Assembly (NCBI GenBank): GCA_030609135.1
Contig: JAUWCU010000001.1
Coordinates: forward strand, 927 to 64,926
DNA from: Candidatus Stahliibacteriota bacterium
Lineage (GTDB): Bacteria > Hydrothermota > Tepidihabitantia > SM23-42
Direction: 5' to 3'
Length of the DNA stretch: 64,000 nucleotides
Under the pieces are notes generated by a model. It was not told where the DNA came from. It made no database searches and saw only the letters and a program-made list of their open reading frames with translations. Position numbers and translations under genes: made by a program. Each line of letters opens with the position of its first letter. Position 1 is the stretch's first letter. This document shows positions 59,482 to 64,000 of the stretch, one piece after another.

Positions 59482-60753
59482 CTAACGGGATTTACCACGA
59501 GCCAAAACTAACCAACCAATGATTGCCAGAACGACCAAAGATATCCCGGAAACAATAAAGATAGCATCTTTTCTTACGAACGTAGTCAGAGAACCAATGA
59601 ATAAAGATCCCACAGCAATCAAACAATGGTAAATCCAATCCCGAATAGAAAACATCCTACCCCGCACCAGTTCATCTGCACTTCGATGAATCAATGTATC
59701 CTGACCAATGAATATCGGGGATATGGCGAGCCCAGCAACGAAGATTATCCCTGCAAAAATCAAATGATGCGTGATAAAAGGAAAAAGAACCAGACCACCA
59801 CCGATCAAAATAAAACAGAATAACATTAAATCCTTAAGGTCAAAGCGGTGACCCATAACGCCAATTAAAAAAGCACCGACGAGCAACCCGATCGCTCCAG
59901 CTGAGGCAAGTATCCCGACACCGCTGGTGCCCCAACCCATATCCTGTTGGATAGTCGGTATGACAAGCACATAAATAACACAAGTGCCTATTATCATCAG
60001 CACAATCGATGACATGGCAAAACCGAGATCTTTCTTCTTAGGTATCATCTGCAAAGCGTGTTTCAGCTCATGCCAAATCCCTAATAAACCTTTGCGTACA
60101 AGGAGAAAAACCCCCCTGGCTTCCAGGTGTTTTTCGCGCTTTGGCGGCTTGGTTAGCTTAACCTTAATTAAGTAAAGCAGGAAAGCTGAAGCGCTAAAGG
60201 TAACAGCATCAAGTATAAATGCAACAGTCCAACCAGCCAACCCAATGAGTTTGTACCACATATGCCAGTCAACAATCAACCCACCGATAAGCATACCGAG
60301 AAAAGTAGCTCCCCTGCCCACAAAATTCACGAGCGAGTTGGCTTTCAAAATACCACCTTTAGGTACAAGGTTTGGTATTATGGAATTCCTTGCAGTATTA
60401 AAGAAGAGGGTTAAAAGAAACATAAAAAAGACCACGGCAAAAACTGGATATATACTATGTGTGCTAATGAATACTACTGGAATCAGAATTGCACAAACCA
60501 TTCTCAAAGCATCACAGATTACCATAACCTTTTTCTTGTTCCATCTGTCGACCAAAACACCAGCAATAGGGCCGAAAATAATCACAGGTAAAGTGATTGC
60601 GATAATCAATTGCGACAATAAAAACGATACGCTCCCAGGGTAAAGACCGATAATGCCAATAAGTGCAATATAATTCAACTTATCACCGAACTGGCTCACC
60701 GTCTGTGACAGTACAAATATCGAGAAGTTCTTATTCTTCAGGGCTTGCCACAT
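59482..60753 (-). CDS. MFS transporter
   Basis: 12 predicted TM helices, motif-A-like GVLVDRWNKKKVM. Confidence 0.8.
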   Translation of the reverse strand: MWQALKNKNFSIFVLSQTVSQFGDKLNYIALIGIIGLYPGSVSFLLSQLIIAITLPVIIFGPIAGVLVDRWNKKKVMVICDALRMVCAILIPVVFISTHSIYPVFAVVFFMFLLTLFFNTARNSIIPNLVPKGGILKANSLVNFVGRGATFLGMLIGGLIVDWHMWYKLIGLAGWTVAFILDAVTFSASAFLLYLIKVKLTKPPKREKHLEARGVFLLVRKGLLGIWHELKHALQMIPKKKDLGFAMSSIVLMIIGTCVIYVLVIPTIQQDMGWGTSGVGILASAGAIGLLVGAFLIGVMGHRFDLKDLMLFCFILIGGGLVLFPFITHHLIFAGIIFVAGLAISPIFIGQDTLIHRSADELVRGRMFSIRDWIYHCLIAVGSLFIGSLTTFVRKDAIFIVSGISLVVLAIIGWLVLARGKSR

Positions 60754-60755
60754 GT

Positions 60756-61898
60756 TTAATATCCTGTGTGTAACACTTCAGCATAGAAATCCAGGATTCT
60801 TTTCGTAATAATCTGCCAATCATAGGTTAATGCCTTTTCCCGACCTTTAGCCCCCATTTTTTTCATCCGCTTTTTGTCCTTAAGCAAACTGATGACCTTT
60901 TCTGCCAAAGACTCCGCATCACGTGTTTTACAGAAAAGACCTTGTACACCATCTTGCATCACAGTTTTGTACCCCGGGTTATCAAAGGCAACTATCGGTT
61001 TACCTGAAGACATCGCTTCAAGTAAGACAATACCAAAGCTCTCCCCACCTGTAGCCGGGGAACAAAAAATATCACAGGATGCGTAGTACTTTGGCAAATC
61101 ACCGGGGCTTACATAACCAGCAAATATGACGTGCTCTTTGATATGTTCGTCAACATAACGGCGATAATAGCGTTCAAGAACACCAGAGCCAACAACAATA
61201 AGTTTGGCACTTGGGAATTCCCTGAGAACCATTGGAAAAGCCTGAAAAAGATACTTCAACCCTTTTCTTGGCTCAAACCTTCCGACAAACAGTATTTTTG
61301 GCGAGAATTTCTCTAAGTACCCTATTGATTCAATATCTGGTCTGAACCGGTTAGTATCAATACCATTGGGAATTATGCGATACTTACCTGGAAAGTATTT
61401 TGAAATAGAATCACGGGCTACTTCAGAGACCGCTATGAGACCGCTTATCTTCCTGAAATACTGTTCCAAAACTGGTTCCCAAAGTAGATATCCAAAACTA
61501 TCCTCGTATGCCGCATGAAATGTGACTAAGTTCTTTGCATTGGAATATTTCAGCACATAATAAGGTAGCACCGGCGCCAAAGGGCCATGGATATGGACAA
61601 TATCAAAATCCTCATGGTCCAGGAAACGCCTTAATTTCCACGGTATTGTTAAACTGAGGTTGAAGATAGAAAATGACTTGTTCTTTGGGAACAATATTCC
61701 CCTGCCCAGTCTTGTAATGTTTTCATCGACATATGGATCATTTTTGCCAAAAGAAGGTGCCATAATCTTCGCATCATGCCCCATATTCCTCAAAGACTGC
61801 CAAAGATGCAACATATGTTCAGGAACACCGCCCGTATGGGGATAAAAATCATCGGCGACTATTAGTATCTTCACTCCGCCCCTCGCATTTTCAAACAC
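60756..61898 (-). CDS. Glycosyltransferase family 4
   Basis: GT4 C-terminal motif EGFGIVLLEAMSSGKPIVA / EX7E. Confidence 0.85.
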   Translation of the reverse strand: MFENARGGVKILIVADDFYPHTGGVPEHMLHLWQSLRNMGHDAKIMAPSFGKNDPYVDENITRLGRGILFPKNKSFSIFNLSLTIPWKLRRFLDHEDFDIVHIHGPLAPVLPYYVLKYSNAKNLVTFHAAYEDSFGYLLWEPVLEQYFRKISGLIAVSEVARDSISKYFPGKYRIIPNGIDTNRFRPDIESIGYLEKFSPKILFVGRFEPRKGLKYLFQAFPMVLREFPSAKLIVVGSGVLERYYRRYVDEHIKEHVIFAGYVSPGDLPKYYASCDIFCSPATGGESFGIVLLEAMSSGKPIVAFDNPGYKTVMQDGVQGLFCKTRDAESLAEKVISLLKDKKRMKKMGAKGREKALTYDWQIITKRILDFYAEVLHTGY

Positions 61899-61978
61899 AA
61901 ATCCAGCCCCTTTTCCTGAACTCTTCTACCCCGTGCATTATGCTTTACCATCTAACCTCCAGCTAAGAGGGGCTGGGT

Positions 61979-62437
61979 TCATTGCGTTCCTGTATGACCG
62001 AATCCACCACTGCCGCGTTTTGTCTCTTTCAACTGGTCGACCAATATGAATTCAGCCTGTACAACACGGTTGAGAACCAATTGCGCAATACGATCACCAG
62101 ATTTTATGCAGAAAGGCTCTTGCCCAAGGTTGAAAAGTATAACCTTTACTTCACCGCGATAATCAGCATCAATCGTCCCTGGTGCATTCAAAATACCGAT
62201 CCCATGTTTCATTGCCATGCCACTGCGCGGCCTGACCTGTGCTTCATAGCCTTGTGGCAACTCGATTCTAACACCGGTCGGTACAATACAGTATTTCCCC
62301 GGTTCAAGAACGACTGTATCGTCAACATCAGCATAAAGATCACAACCTGCCGCCTGCTCACTCTGATATTTCGGTATGAACTTCCCTGTTATCTTCACTT
62401 CAATTTTAGGTATTTTGGATTTTAGGTATTTCGGCAT
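61979..62437 (-). CDS. dut: dUTP diphosphatase
   Basis: [44 protein letters not shown]. Confidence 0.9.
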   Translation of the reverse strand: MPKYLKSKIPKIEVKITGKFIPKYQSEQAAGCDLYADVDDTVVLEPGKYCIVPTGVRIELPQGYEAQVRPRSGMAMKHGIGILNAPGTIDADYRGEVKVILFNLGQEPFCIKSGDRIAQLVLNRVVQAEFILVDQLKETKRGSGGFGHTGTQ

Positions 62438-63307
62438 TTAAATATTTGCCCCTTCTTCTATCCATTCTGGATGGAAAACAAACCATTGGTCAGGATATTT
62501 CCTTATGAACTTCTCGAATTTGCTAACCATGCATCTATTGAATGCATCGGCATTACCGTTAAAAACAATAGATTCCTCAATGACGGCGCGATATCGCGTC
62601 CGTTTATGCGGCGCGTTAAGTACCATGTATGCAAAGACTACCGGTAACTTTCTTTTGATTATCATTTCTGCCAAACCCTTAGGGATATTTCTTTTTCCGG
62701 AAAAAAAACGTACAGAAATACCGTTCTTCATGATATCGCGATCCGCAAGTATGGCAAGAACCCGATTGTTTTTGATTATGTCAAGGAATGCATAACCAGC
62801 CTGAGTAACTGGATAGGTCTTCATACCTGTGCACTCTCGGTGTTTTGTGTACAGATCAAACATGTCATCATCAGTTACTTCGACTAACGCGGTCATCGGT
62901 ATTCCGCGGGCTGCCAAATATGCACCGGCATAATCCCAATTCCCAAGATGGAGGCTAATCAAAATACAGCCTTTGTGTTGGAAAAACGTCTTTTCCACAT
63001 TTTCATAGCCAATGCATTCGACACTTTCAATAAGGTCACGCTTTGATATAAAGGCAAGCCGAAAAAAATCCGTCATGGCAAGGGCAAAATTCGTAAATGT
63101 TCTCTTTAAAAAAAAATTCAGTCGTTTTGAATCAATACGCTCATTTGAAAAAATATGCGCCAAGTTACACTCGATGTAACGCCGCTTTGTTTTAAAAAAA
63201 CAACAGTACAGAAACCCTATACCAGTTGCAATCTTATCTGCAAGTTTCACGGGCATAACATACACCAGTGCTACGCCAATTTTTTGCAGCTGCGCAACCG
63301 GGTTCAT
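62438..63307 (-). CDS. Lipid A biosynthesis (Kdo)2-lipid IVA acyltransferase, LpxL/HtrB family
   Basis: HLGNWD (HX4D) acyltransferase motif; size and N-terminal anchor. Confidence 0.75.
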   Translation of the reverse strand: MNPVAQLQKIGVALVYVMPVKLADKIATGIGFLYCCFFKTKRRYIECNLAHIFSNERIDSKRLNFFLKRTFTNFALAMTDFFRLAFISKRDLIESVECIGYENVEKTFFQHKGCILISLHLGNWDYAGAYLAARGIPMTALVEVTDDDMFDLYTKHRECTGMKTYPVTQAGYAFLDIIKNNRVLAILADRDIMKNGISVRFFSGKRNIPKGLAEMIIKRKLPVVFAYMVLNAPHKRTRYRAVIEESIVFNGNADAFNRCMVSKFEKFIRKYPDQWFVFHPEWIEEGANI

Positions 63308-63318
63308 GTACCAGGTGT

Positions 63319-64000
63319 TTAATCCTTATAAGCTTGAAGAGCAGCGCCTAAAACCTCAACTGCTTCCTTGATATCTTCACTCTTCAAGACATAAGCAACG
63401 CGCACTTCACTAACGCCTTTGTTTTGCGACGAGTAGAAACCATTGGCTGGAGCGAGCATCACGGTCTTGTTGTTATAAACAAAGTCGGTCAAAAGCCATC
63501 TGCAAAATCTATCTGCATCTTTTACCGACAACCTCAACACACTGTAAAAAGCACCTTCTGGCTTGTGTGCATAGACCCCCTGAATTGTATCCAGCCTTTC
63601 GAATAACAAATTCCGCCTCATCTCGTATTCCTTAATCATTGGTCGTATGTATTTATCGATATTTTTGTACGCGGCTATCGCGCCAATCTGTTCAAGGGTA
63701 GGTGGACAAAGCCGCGCCTGTCCGAATTTCAGAAGTCGGTCCATAATCGTTTTATTCTGACTTATTATCGTACCAACGCGCGCGCCGCATGCTGAAAACC
63801 GCTTGGAAATAGAATCCATAACAATGACACGGTCCTTGATCTCAGACATAGAAAGTGCACTTATCTGACTCTTGCCATCATAGACAAATTCCCGGTAAAC
63901 TTCATCCGAAAGGAGATACAAATTGTACTTCTTGCAGAGGCTGTTTATTATAAACATCTCTTGCTCAGTGAACACTGTTCCAGTTGGGTTGTTTGGCGTG
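63319..64000 (-). CDS. Class I/II PLP-dependent aminotransferase, C-terminal part (gene continues beyond window end)
   Basis: PLP lysine region SISKRFSACGARVGT, LSDEVYREF; no start codon within window. Confidence 0.8.
   Translation of the reverse strand, partial: TPNNPTGTVFTEQEMFIINSLCKKYNLYLLSDEVYREFVYDGKSQISALSMSEIKDRVIVMDSISKRFSACGARVGTIISQNKTIMDRLLKFGQARLCPPTLEQIGAIAAYKNIDKYIRPMIKEYEMRRNLLFERLDTIQGVYAHKPEGAFYSVLRLSVKDADRFCRWLLTDFVYNNKTVMLAPANGFYSSQNKGVSEVRVAYVLKSEDIKEAVEVLGAALQAYKD

Overview
This 64 kb window comes from a bacterium with consensus sigma70 promoters (TTGACA-16/17-TATAAT), AGGAGG ribosome-binding sites, TGA/TAA/TAG all used as stops, and several T9SS C-terminal sorting domains, which points to the FCB group or an allied candidate phylum. 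About 60 genes are called. Core genes are lapA/lapB, mutS, an M48 protease, enolase, thiC/thiE, hpf-hprK-PTS EIIA(Man), thrC, dut, an LpxL-like acyltransferase and tRNA-Leu(TAA). Accessory content includes a LolA-like/ABC/FtsX/beta-barrel cluster, a 10 kb all-plus-strand signalling island (two NarL-type regulators with PAS/HisKA_3 kinases, a degenerate GGDEF and two paralogous HD-GYP phosphodiesterases) ending in an IS200-like Y1 transposase with 25-26 bp terminal inverted repeats, an AbiEi/AbiEii module, and a degraded HEPN/MNT pair. Observations that go beyond routine annotation are listed here in order of interest. (1) Two adjacent paralogous secreted proteins each carry a single in-frame TGA at the same aligned position, forming a U-x-x-C motif, each followed by a hairpin; these are candidate T9SS/Sec-exported selenoproteins next to a TlpA-like thioredoxin and a membrane redox cluster. 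(2) An 874 aa protein fuses an HExxH membrane domain to an enolase whose domain order is swapped, encoded directly upstream of the canonical eno. (3) A roughly 200 nt structured element with three hairpins is present in three copies; two copies are driven by conserved consensus promoters, suggesting a multicopy sRNA family. (4) A 5.2 kb segment is flanked by imperfect inverted repeats of about 85-130 bp (coordinates are hand-aligned and approximate). (5) Several smaller repeat, hairpin and pseudogene signals are recorded as separate findings.
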